Origin: a virus
Virus record (IMG/VR): IMGVR_UViG_3300033696_000009
Coordinates: 1 to 49,451 of that record
Direction: 5' to 3' (one strand)
DNA length: 49,451 nt
In this document: one piece after another, positions 38,953-47,207 of the stretch
Layout: every line of letters begins with the position of its first letter
Position numbering within the stretch: position 1 is the stretch's first letter
The notes under the pieces: model-generated
Databases searched by the model: none
Seen by the model: only the letters and a program-made list of their open reading frames with translations
What the model was told of the DNA's origin: nothing
Translations under genes and position numbers: made by a program

Positions 38953-39549
38953 ATGGTCAGAACGGAAATAGGTGAATGCGCATTAACTCACAAAGGCGTT
39001 AGATATGAGTTCAGGCCGTCATTTAAGAACATAAGAAAGATATGCAGCCCGGCAGACATTGCAAAGCTATATTCGGACGTATCCAGTGTGATTGAAAGCA
39101 AAATTGACGTGGCGGAAAACCTAAACCTTTTTGACGCTGTTTCCTCGTACTCAAAAGAGCTTAGAGAAAAAATCATTTTGGTTTTATCTTCTTGCTGTGA
39201 CACAGACTGCAGCAAAATGACTGATAACGAAAAACACGCCCCAACATTCGCCATAAAGCACGTTGCTATGTCGCTACTTAACCATGGAGTTATAGGGGTT
39301 GAGTCAGAATCTAAAGGAAAATCATCTAAAAACAAGAAGAGTGACATTGATGTATATGAATACGCAGACATAGCTGAGTCTCATCTTGGCATCCCCTACC
39401 CGCTATCTGAAAATCTAACCAAAACAGAGCTTGATAGAAAGCTAAAAGTTAAATTCCCAGGGGATAAAAAGAGTAGAAAGCCTACTCTAGAAGAACATAG
39501 GCATAACATGGATCTTGCCAGAAGAATAGAATCAGCGAGGTCTAAATAA
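38953..39549 (+). CDS. tail assembly chaperone (gpG/T position)
   Basis: It sits between the major tail and tape measure genes. The C-terminal half is acidic/basic. I found no second-frame extension. Confidence 0.5.
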   Translation: MVRTEIGECALTHKGVRYEFRPSFKNIRKICSPADIAKLYSDVSSVIESKIDVAENLNLFDAVSSYSKELREKIILVLSSCCDTDCSKMTDNEKHAPTFAIKHVAMSLLNHGVIGVESESKGKSSKNKKSDIDVYEYADIAESHLGIPYPLSENLTKTELDRKLKVKFPGDKKSRKPTLEEHRHNMDLARRIESARSK

Positions 39550-41828
39550 TGCCTAAAGGTGTAAATGTAGGATCAATTTATTACGAGGTTGACGCCGATA
39601 CTACTGCGATAATAAAAGCAGAGGCAAAGATAAATGAATCACTAGATAATGTAACCAAGGATTTTGTCAAGGCTGAAAAGGCAGTTGTATACTTTCAAAA
39701 GAGGATGTCGGAGGCAGGCTTTACAATTAATAGGGCTGGCCAGGTTTTAGGCAAGAACGGCAATGTGGTTAAAAGCCTCTCCATTGAATATCGTGGGCTA
39801 GCAAACGCCGCAGACAAGGCAAGAAATGCAGTTGAAGGCGTTGAGGGGGCGGCAAGCGCTACAACCCCCAAGATGTCAAGATTTGCGCAAATATCTCAAA
39901 ATGCTGGTTATCAAATAACGGATTTCTCCAATCAAATAAGCGGAGGGCAAAGTGCTGTTCTTGCGTTCTCCCAACAGTTACCGCAACTTATTGGTGGTCT
40001 TGGCGCTGCTGGTTCAGTAATAGGTGCGCTAGTTGCAATTGCTGGCGGTCTTTATCTAGCGCTAAACAAAGATAAGGATGCAGTAAAAGGACTTGATCAA
40101 GCTCTTGAGTCGCTAAGCACTATCGTTGAAAAAACATCTAGCGGCATGAATGTTTTAACTAACGAGGCTTACGAACTTTCCAAGATAAGCAAGGAGGCCG
40201 CAAAGCTTCAGCTGGCTTCTGCAATACTAAAAGCTAGAACTGAGCTTGAAAAGGTTTCGGGGAGCGCTGAAGAGGCGTTTAGATCCTTGCAAAAGACTTT
40301 CTCGCCAGATGATATCGAAATTGCCACAAAAGCAATAAAAACGCTAGGAACTGAGTTTGCAAGGTCTGGAGAGACAGCGTTAGAGACATTCAATAGATTA
40401 ATTAGTGCTCCAGCGGCTTTATCTAGCGAGATAAGTCAGTTAAATAACAACCTTACAAGCACCATGAAATCCCTAGGGGTTACTAGAGATCAAGCATTTG
40501 GCCTTGTTGAGGCTCTAGCCAAGTTCAAGGAAACAAAGTCACCTGAAGAGCTAATAAAGATAGCGAATGAGGTTTCAGCGCTTGGCTTGTCTCAGAAAAA
40601 TCTAGCACCAGAAATGCAGAAATTTGTACAGAAAATAAGCGAACTTGGAATAAAAGCGCTTAGGACTGCCGACGGCCTCAAGCAAGCGGAAAAGCTAATT
40701 AATAGCTTTGAAGCATCAGTAAAGGAAAGTAACCCAGAGGTCGTAAAAGCAAAAGAGTCTATCGAAGGCATGGTTTCAGCGCTAAAGCTTCAAGCTGATA
40801 CATATGGCGTAACAGATAGAGCAACGGCTTTGCACGTTGCGTACTTAAAAGGTGCGACACAAGCTGAGTTTGACGCTATTAATGCCTCATACGACAAAAT
40901 AGAGGCTTACGAGCAAGAGGTTCAATCTAACAAAGATAGAACTGCAGCACTTAAAGAATATGAAGATCAAATGATGCGCGACCTTGCTCTAGAGGCCAAG
41001 CTTTTGGAGGCTCAGCGTAAAAAACACGAGCAAGCAGCAGCGTTTGCAGAGGGTATATCCGGAAGAGGAAACCCTCAACAGGTAGAGCTTGAGCAGTTAG
41101 CTAGTTACTACACTCAGAAGATGATCACCACTGAAATGTACGAGGACGCGCTAACCCAGATAATCAGAGAAAAAGGTGAAGAAAGGGCTAAGGTTGAGCT
41201 TCAAAGAAATAACACGATCCTTTCGTCAAGCTCGCAATTTTTTGATGCGGCGGCTGGCCTTGCAAGCTCATTCGCTGGAGAGCAAAGCGGTGCATATAAG
41301 GTTTTGTTTGGTATTAGTAAGGGTTTTGCTGCAGCTCAAGCTGCAATGAATTTATCTCTAGCGATATCGCAAGCTTCTACATTGCCTTGGCCTGCAAATA
41401 TACCGGCAATGGCTCAAGCTGCAGCTTCTGGCGCTTCTCTTATCAGCTCTATATCTGGAGCCTCTTACAGTGGATCGCGAAACTATGGCGGCGGCGTTGG
41501 TTATGGTTCAAACTACGAGGTTGCAGAAGGTGGACGCACAGAGCTGTACGTACCACAGCATGGCAACCCAATGCTAATGGGTTCGAAGGGTGGCCAAGTT
41601 GTCAGCAACAGCGATCTAATGTCTGCCATGAATGGTGGCGGTCAATCAGCACCGCCAGTTATAAATATATACAACATGCCAGGTCAGTCAGCCACGGTTG
41701 AAAGCAATAACAACGCCATGAGTCCAGAATATATAATCAAGATAGTTGCTGATAATACGATGTCACCTGGCAGCAGGATGCAGAGAGCGCTATCATCAAG
41801 CACAACTGCCAAACCGAGGATAAGCTAA
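39549..41828 (+). CDS. tape measure protein
   Basis: 759 aa, Ala/Gln/Leu-rich and helical, with a central hydrophobic segment (LPQLIGGLGAAGSVIGALVAIAGGLYLAL) and a Gly-rich C-terminus. Confidence 0.85.
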   Translation: MPKGVNVGSIYYEVDADTTAIIKAEAKINESLDNVTKDFVKAEKAVVYFQKRMSEAGFTINRAGQVLGKNGNVVKSLSIEYRGLANAADKARNAVEGVEGAASATTPKMSRFAQISQNAGYQITDFSNQISGGQSAVLAFSQQLPQLIGGLGAAGSVIGALVAIAGGLYLALNKDKDAVKGLDQALESLSTIVEKTSSGMNVLTNEAYELSKISKEAAKLQLASAILKARTELEKVSGSAEEAFRSLQKTFSPDDIEIATKAIKTLGTEFARSGETALETFNRLISAPAALSSEISQLNNNLTSTMKSLGVTRDQAFGLVEALAKFKETKSPEELIKIANEVSALGLSQKNLAPEMQKFVQKISELGIKALRTADGLKQAEKLINSFEASVKESNPEVVKAKESIEGMVSALKLQADTYGVTDRATALHVAYLKGATQAEFDAINASYDKIEAYEQEVQSNKDRTAALKEYEDQMMRDLALEAKLLEAQRKKHEQAAAFAEGISGRGNPQQVELEQLASYYTQKMITTEMYEDALTQIIREKGEERAKVELQRNNTILSSSSQFFDAAAGLASSFAGEQSGAYKVLFGISKGFAAAQAAMNLSLAISQASTLPWPANIPAMAQAAASGASLISSISGASYSGSRNYGGGVGYGSNYEVAEGGRTELYVPQHGNPMLMGSKGGQVVSNSDLMSAMNGGGQSAPPVINIYNMPGQSATVESNNNAMSPEYIIKIVADNTMSPGSRMQRALSSSTTAKPRIS

Positions 41829-42388
41829 TGACTAGCCCAGTATGGCCAAAACATTTGAGAAGCTGTGTAACAAGCTCAAAGCAGAGAAATAGAGTCGCAG
41901 GTTTCGAGACTAGCGAGGTTCAAGCTGGCCCAGCATTTACTAGACTAGTAACAGAAGACACCCCGACAATTTATGATGTATCGTTCACATTTAATCGTGA
42001 TGAAGCTAGGGCTTTTAGGTCTTGGCAGGTTATAAACAACTTCGCTAATGTCGGCGGATGGTTTTATCTACCAATTCAGATTGAAGAGGGTTTGACCACG
42101 CAATATGTAATGCTTTTGCCCCCTGGCTTTCAGTGCACAGGTCAGAATAACAATGTTTTCAATTATTCGGCTTCAGTTGTTGCTAGGAAGGAAGAAAGCG
42201 AAGACGATAAATTCCCCAATGCGATTTTAGCAATGTTTGAGAATAATCCATGCTCGAGCATTGAAGATTCAGGAAAACTTTTTGACATAGCTATCAATAT
42301 TAGCTTGCCTTGCATACCGAATACGCCTACAGGGAATTACAGGATTCCTTTAGTTAACGACTTAAGTATTTATGAGGAATTTATTTAA
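41828..42388 (+). CDS. minor/distal tail protein (gpM or Dit position)
   Basis: Immediately after the tape measure gene with an ATGA-type junction. Confidence 0.45.
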   Translation: MTSPVWPKHLRSCVTSSKQRNRVAGFETSEVQAGPAFTRLVTEDTPTIYDVSFTFNRDEARAFRSWQVINNFANVGGWFYLPIQIEEGLTTQYVMLLPPGFQCTGQNNNVFNYSASVVARKEESEDDKFPNAILAMFENNPCSSIEDSGKLFDIAINISLPCIPNTPTGNYRIPLVNDLSIYEEFI

Positions 42389-43509
42389 TGAGCGAATACA
42401 GAAAAGTTGGCGAGGCTGGCTATACCTGCAATACGACATCGACCATTATTCTCGGTGGCCAGTTAGTTGAGCTTGCTGTAAATGAAGCAGGTATTAATGA
42501 AGATGGTTTGCAGTGCTATGAAGCTGGGACTAATTTAATTTTAAAATCAGAAGGCCTGATACTTCCAAACGGGACGACTGTAACAGACAGTAAGACTGTT
42601 AATATTATGGGTTGGGAGTTTAACTCGCAGACTTTAGAGGCTGGTGTGGGTTTCGGAGGTGCGGCCCAAGATATAAACCAAATAACCGTGGCCGAGGGAG
42701 ATAATCTGCATTTTTCGTTTGTTTACGTTAATAGCAATTCCAAACGCAGATTTAGACTAAGGTTTAGCTTTGTAGGTGCAGGGTTCGCTTTTGATGCTGC
42801 AACTGCATTAGACGGTTTAGCTCCGACCTTTCAGCCATACGTCAGCGCTCTAGTAACTACACCGTTTACCGATAAAACATTAGTTAAGTGCGATATGGTT
42901 ATTACCGTGCCGACTGGCGGCGGTGGAAATTTACAGGCACAGTTACAGAATTTAGGGGCTACGGGGTCAGAAGCAGGGGATAATGTAACAGGCGCGTATC
43001 AGCTAACAGCTGGAGTAACCGCACAGCCTTATACGCCCACATACGGCACACCATTAACACGAGCCAAGACAGTAACATCTATCCCTATTGACACAGTTGA
43101 TTGGGATAATGACTTTACTATTAAGGGGGGGTTTACTGCAAAAGTAGCGAGTTACGCCTCTGTTATTGGTTCGGGGTCTCCCAGCGTTTCAGGTAAAGGG
43201 TTTTTTCTCTGCATGGTAACCGTAGATAAGGTTTTAAGATTTAAGCTTGGTTCGAGCTATGCAGCACTAAGCGGTGTCGCGGATGGGAATAGTAGGTTCG
43301 TACTACGAAAAACAGCAAGCAAGATTCAGCTCGATACTGAGACGGGTCACGCTGAGGCTGTATATAACGGTGACGTCGAGGCAGGTACTGACATTAAGCT
43401 TGGGTCAGATGGTACTGGTAACAACCAAATAAACGGAAGTATTAAAGGGTTCGAATTTCTAAAAGGCGCAATCACAGATGCAGAGGTAGCAGCCTATGTT
43501 AACAGTTAA
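42388..43509 (+). CDS. tail-tip-associated protein with a C-terminal LamG/concanavalin-like domain
   Basis: FTIKGGFTAK...GKGFFLCMVTVDKVLRFKLGSS...INGSIKGFEFLKGAITDAEV is LamG-like. It is inserted between the M-like and L-like genes. Confidence 0.45.
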   Translation: MSEYRKVGEAGYTCNTTSTIILGGQLVELAVNEAGINEDGLQCYEAGTNLILKSEGLILPNGTTVTDSKTVNIMGWEFNSQTLEAGVGFGGAAQDINQITVAEGDNLHFSFVYVNSNSKRRFRLRFSFVGAGFAFDAATALDGLAPTFQPYVSALVTTPFTDKTLVKCDMVITVPTGGGGNLQAQLQNLGATGSEAGDNVTGAYQLTAGVTAQPYTPTYGTPLTRAKTVTSIPIDTVDWDNDFTIKGGFTAKVASYASVIGSGSPSVSGKGFFLCMVTVDKVLRFKLGSSYAALSGVADGNSRFVLRKTASKIQLDTETGHAEAVYNGDVEAGTDIKLGSDGTGNNQINGSIKGFEFLKGAITDAEVAAYVNS

Positions 43510-43795
43510 TTTGAAATTCAAAGATAAAGAAGAAGCTGTTACTTACTTACTTTCAAAAGGGTGGAAGGAATCAGAAAGCGCAATTTACAAAGATGGTTGT
43601 GATTGCGTAATTGGGCTAAATGTAACTAAAAAGACAGGGGTAACAATAACCGATAAAGATGGCTATGAATACGAAGAATCACTACTGGTTGATGGTTATC
43701 ACGTTAACCTGCTGGTAAGAGAGTCTGATTTTGGATTTTATCACGGGGAAAATTTAAAGGTAAATTCACCTTCGTTTAAGTGGGCGGGGTTTTAA
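43496..43795 (+). CDS. hypothetical protein (99 aa)
   Basis: Track ORF with a 14-nt overlap upstream. Confidence 0.45.
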   Translation: MLTVNLKFKDKEEAVTYLLSKGWKESESAIYKDGCDCVIGLNVTKKTGVTITDKDGYEYEESLLVDGYHVNLLVRESDFGFYHGENLKVNSPSFKWAGF

Positions 43796-43796
43796 A

Positions 43797-44285
43797 ATGA
43801 CAACTAGAAAATTTTATGCTCAACAGCAAAAGAGGCTTGTTTACCAGTCTTTCGAAATACACCATCCTGCCGTTGGTTTTATTCGTTATGTTGGCGGTGC
43901 TTATTTCCCTAAAACACTGACAATAAAATCAGGCGATAAAATCGTATTCCAGCCAATACAAATGAAAGTTGGTCTCCCCAGCATGGGAGAATTCAACACC
44001 TTGTCGATGAAAATTGAAATAGGAAGGGTTGGTACTGAGGTTAAGAAAAATCTAACCATGATCAACGATTACAATCTGGCAAATCCGAACACAGAGACGA
44101 CGCCATTTATTTACAGGCAGTTCACCGACGGGTTCGAGACAGCAAGATTTAGCATGTGGGTTAAAGATATTTTGATCGACGGGCAAAACGTTGCCATATC
44201 AGCATCAGATGACAATCCTTCTGCAATAAGCGTCGCTGAGCTGGCAACAGTTGAAAGGTTCCCAGGGTTGGAGGTGCTGTCATGA
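43797..44285 (+). CDS. minor tail protein L-like (DUF1833)
   Basis: LVYQSFEIHHPAVGFIRYV...FQPIQMKVGLPS...MKIEIGRVG follows the DUF1833/gpL pattern. Confidence 0.6.
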   Translation: MTTRKFYAQQQKRLVYQSFEIHHPAVGFIRYVGGAYFPKTLTIKSGDKIVFQPIQMKVGLPSMGEFNTLSMKIEIGRVGTEVKKNLTMINDYNLANPNTETTPFIYRQFTDGFETARFSMWVKDILIDGQNVAISASDDNPSAISVAELATVERFPGLEVLS

Positions 44286-44686
44286 ATCAAGATGATTTTA
44301 TATCGATGGTTATTGGTAAGCCGTGGGTTAACAGATCATCAGGCCCATACTCATACGACTGCTGGGGTTTAGTAATCAAGTCGTTCGAATGCATAGACGG
44401 GATAACGCTTCCTACGGTCGCGGGATATATAGAGAAGGAAAAAACGCACGTTGCCGCACCCGCAGAGGCAGAAAAAGACTGGTGGATTCAATCAGACGGT
44501 TCAGACGGCGATGTGGCATGCTTCTACAATCACAAAGGTAGGTTTATGCATGTTGGTCGCGTCCTAGCTGGCGGCGTTGCCCACTCTTCTGGTTTGGAAG
44601 GGGTTGGCGCGGTAAAATGGGAGCCTAAGAAAGTGGTTTCAGATAGATTCCACAAAACAGAGTATAGAAAATATGCCAATAATTAG
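44282..44686 (+). CDS. NlpC/P60-family tail protein (gpK-like)
   Basis: YDCWGLV (catalytic Cys) and FMHVGRV (His) are in the spacing typical of C40 peptidases. Confidence 0.7.
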   Translation: MNQDDFISMVIGKPWVNRSSGPYSYDCWGLVIKSFECIDGITLPTVAGYIEKEKTHVAAPAEAEKDWWIQSDGSDGDVACFYNHKGRFMHVGRVLAGGVAHSSGLEGVGAVKWEPKKVVSDRFHKTEYRKYANN

Positions 44687-47174
44687 ACACTTTGATGCTG
44701 CTGAAGGGACTTCTCCAGTATTTTTCAAGGAAGTAGACAACGGAACTTGCTTGCTAGACTTCCTGATCGCAAACTTTGAACCTAATTTCGGAGGGCTTTC
44801 GGCAAGCATTTACGTTAACGGCTCTATACTTTACGACACTAAAGATGGCGGAAGCGGAGAGGAGTTGGATTTAAAGTCTGATTTCATTCTAGAGCCCGTG
44901 GATAGGATTGACATAATAACGCACCAGGGCGTTGAGAGCATCATATACTACGCGATAGTAGCGATAGCCGCTGCTGTTGCCGCGATAGCTTTAGCTCCAT
45001 CGGTTAACCCTGGAAATGCCGAGTCACAAGGCTCAAGCCCAAACAGCAAGCTAAACGCTGCAACTAACGAGTTTAGGCCAAACAGAGCCCTTGCTGAGGT
45101 TTTTGGATCACCAGTTAGCTATCCTGATTTCATTCAGCTGTCTTGGTACGTTTACGAAAACAATCTTAAAGTTCAGCGTGAAATGTTCTGCGTGGGGGTT
45201 AGCGCTTACGACATAACAAAGGTTAGAAGCGGCGAGACTTTGCTTGAATCGATACCGAACTCGAGCTATACGATTTACGGCCCTAACATTATTCCACCGC
45301 CTGAACAGAGGATAATTGTTCGTGAGACTAACGAGATAACATCTCAGTCGATGGAAGCGCCCAACGCTGAATCAATAGCGGGCACCTTTGATGGTGGAGA
45401 TGATGTTATTTCGTCTACCACAGGAGAGAGCACGATCATAATTGGAGAGAGCAACATTGAAAACATGGTTGTTTCTGTTGGAGCATATCTTAGAGTAAAA
45501 ATTACCGAGAAAGTTATAGCTTCGGGCATTCCATCTTATACAGTTGTTCTTGATGGTTTTTGGCAAGTTACCGAAATGGTCGGGACAAACTCTGTAAAAA
45601 TGGCAACGGGATCGACATATAGCAGCACAGCAGGATCAACATCTGTTGTTGATACGGAAATAACCGACTCTTCAGGTGAGCAACCGACATGGGTGGGTTG
45701 GTATTCTGTCAACGGTAGCGCAGTGGAAGAGGTTTGGTTTCACATTGCAATGCCGAGGGGATTAAGAACTCAAGAAGGTGGGCAGTTAAGAATTAACTTC
45801 ACTATGGAGATTCGACAAGTTGACGAAGACGGAAACCCTATTGCTATGGGCTACACTGACACCCTTGACGAATCCGTTGTTGATAGCACTCTAGACCCCC
45901 AGTTCAGAACTTACTATTTCAAAGGATTGCCGCTTGGAAGATACCAAGGAAGAGTTAAAAGGACTAGCAACGAAAGAAACGATGCATCAAGCGAGGCCAT
46001 AGAGTTAGAGCAGCTTGTAAGCGTTGAGTACCAAAAAGATCCAAATTACGGAAACGTAACGCTGCTATGGGTAGAAAGAAAGGCAAGCGAGAGAATTGTA
46101 GGCGGAAGCTCATCAAAGATAAACTTAGATCTTACTAGAAAGCTACCTTATTTCAACCGTTCAACTGGGCTACTTGAGATTGATAACCTAGTCGATACTA
46201 GAGATTTCGCTGACGCAGTAGCTTATACGCTAATCGTAGCGGGAAAGAGAGACCCATCATTAATAGACTTGGCTGGGCTTTATGCGATTAACGACTCTTT
46301 GCCTCCAGAGTTGAGAACTTTCGATTTCACTTTTGATGACAAAGATGTGTCTATGGGCGAGAGGGTTAAGACGATTTGCGATGTTGCTAGAGTCGTTCCT
46401 TTCAGGGCTTATCAAGATTGGTTCTTTGAGCGCGATCAGAAAAAGCCATTCCCGGTCGCTCTATATAACAGGCGTAATATAAGTAAAAACTCGTCACCTA
46501 AGCAGGTGTTTAAGCAGTTTTTGCCAAGCGATAAGGACTCTGTATCACTTACTTACGTTTCTCTTCCAGACAACGTTGAGAGAACTGTTTACAGGTCGAT
46601 AAAGAGCGGGGCTATATCGAATACTGTTGGCACATATCCTAAAGAGATAAAGCTGCCAGGCTGTCAGTCTATCGAGCAGGCAAACAATCGAATAGATGTT
46701 GAGTTCAGAAAGGTTCTTTACTCAAAAAGAACTGCCGAAGTTGAGATTCTTCACGATGGTTTTGCTGGAAAAATAACGGACAGGGTTAGATTTGCAGACA
46801 TAAACGATGCAGAGATATTTGACGGCGAGGTGTTAGATATATTTGGGGATGAATATTTGACTAGCGAATCCTTCAGCCCTGTTGCGGGTAAAAGCTATTT
46901 CGTACAGATAACCAATGATGACGGTGAGTTAACCAATCTTGTTCAGTGCCTACCTTTGTCATACACAAGTAAGGGTTTCAAAGCTGTTGGTCTAAACGGT
47001 GGTTACACTGCTGACGGCAATATAATACAACTTGGAAGCCGATACATCATAGCAACAGATGGTGATTACAAAGAGACTGATTACATAATTACAGATATAC
47101 AGACATCAGACGACAGAACTATGACTGTGTCACTGGCTGCATACAATGATAAAATATACGAAATGGACAACTAA
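44673..47174 (+). CDS. tail tip host-specificity protein (gpJ-like) with an N-terminal gpI-like module
   Basis: 833 aa. The N-terminal 110 aa end in the hydrophobic stretch IIYYAIVAIAAAVAAIALAP, as in lambda tail assembly protein I. A J-like body follows. Confidence 0.65.
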   Translation: MPIIRHFDAAEGTSPVFFKEVDNGTCLLDFLIANFEPNFGGLSASIYVNGSILYDTKDGGSGEELDLKSDFILEPVDRIDIITHQGVESIIYYAIVAIAAAVAAIALAPSVNPGNAESQGSSPNSKLNAATNEFRPNRALAEVFGSPVSYPDFIQLSWYVYENNLKVQREMFCVGVSAYDITKVRSGETLLESIPNSSYTIYGPNIIPPPEQRIIVRETNEITSQSMEAPNAESIAGTFDGGDDVISSTTGESTIIIGESNIENMVVSVGAYLRVKITEKVIASGIPSYTVVLDGFWQVTEMVGTNSVKMATGSTYSSTAGSTSVVDTEITDSSGEQPTWVGWYSVNGSAVEEVWFHIAMPRGLRTQEGGQLRINFTMEIRQVDEDGNPIAMGYTDTLDESVVDSTLDPQFRTYYFKGLPLGRYQGRVKRTSNERNDASSEAIELEQLVSVEYQKDPNYGNVTLLWVERKASERIVGGSSSKINLDLTRKLPYFNRSTGLLEIDNLVDTRDFADAVAYTLIVAGKRDPSLIDLAGLYAINDSLPPELRTFDFTFDDKDVSMGERVKTICDVARVVPFRAYQDWFFERDQKKPFPVALYNRRNISKNSSPKQVFKQFLPSDKDSVSLTYVSLPDNVERTVYRSIKSGAISNTVGTYPKEIKLPGCQSIEQANNRIDVEFRKVLYSKRTAEVEILHDGFAGKITDRVRFADINDAEIFDGEVLDIFGDEYLTSESFSPVAGKSYFVQITNDDGELTNLVQCLPLSYTSKGFKAVGLNGGYTADGNIIQLGSRYIIATDGDYKETDYIITDIQTSDDRTMTVSLAAYNDKIYEMDN

Positions 47175-47207
47175 ATAGGCATGATGCCGAAATCAATAGG
47201 ATAAAGC

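Noticed and set aside
38953-39549. Looked for a lambda G/GT-type -1 frameshift (slippery heptamer plus second-frame extension) in the chaperone gene.
   Set aside because: The only A-rich site (TCT AAA AAC at 39325) is not in X XXY YYZ phase, and no extended alternative frame exists before the tape measure gene.
41387-41701. Trp/Arg-rich ORF inside the tape measure gene.
   Set aside because: It is an off-frame reading of the Gly/Ala-rich C-terminus of the tape measure and has an implausible composition.
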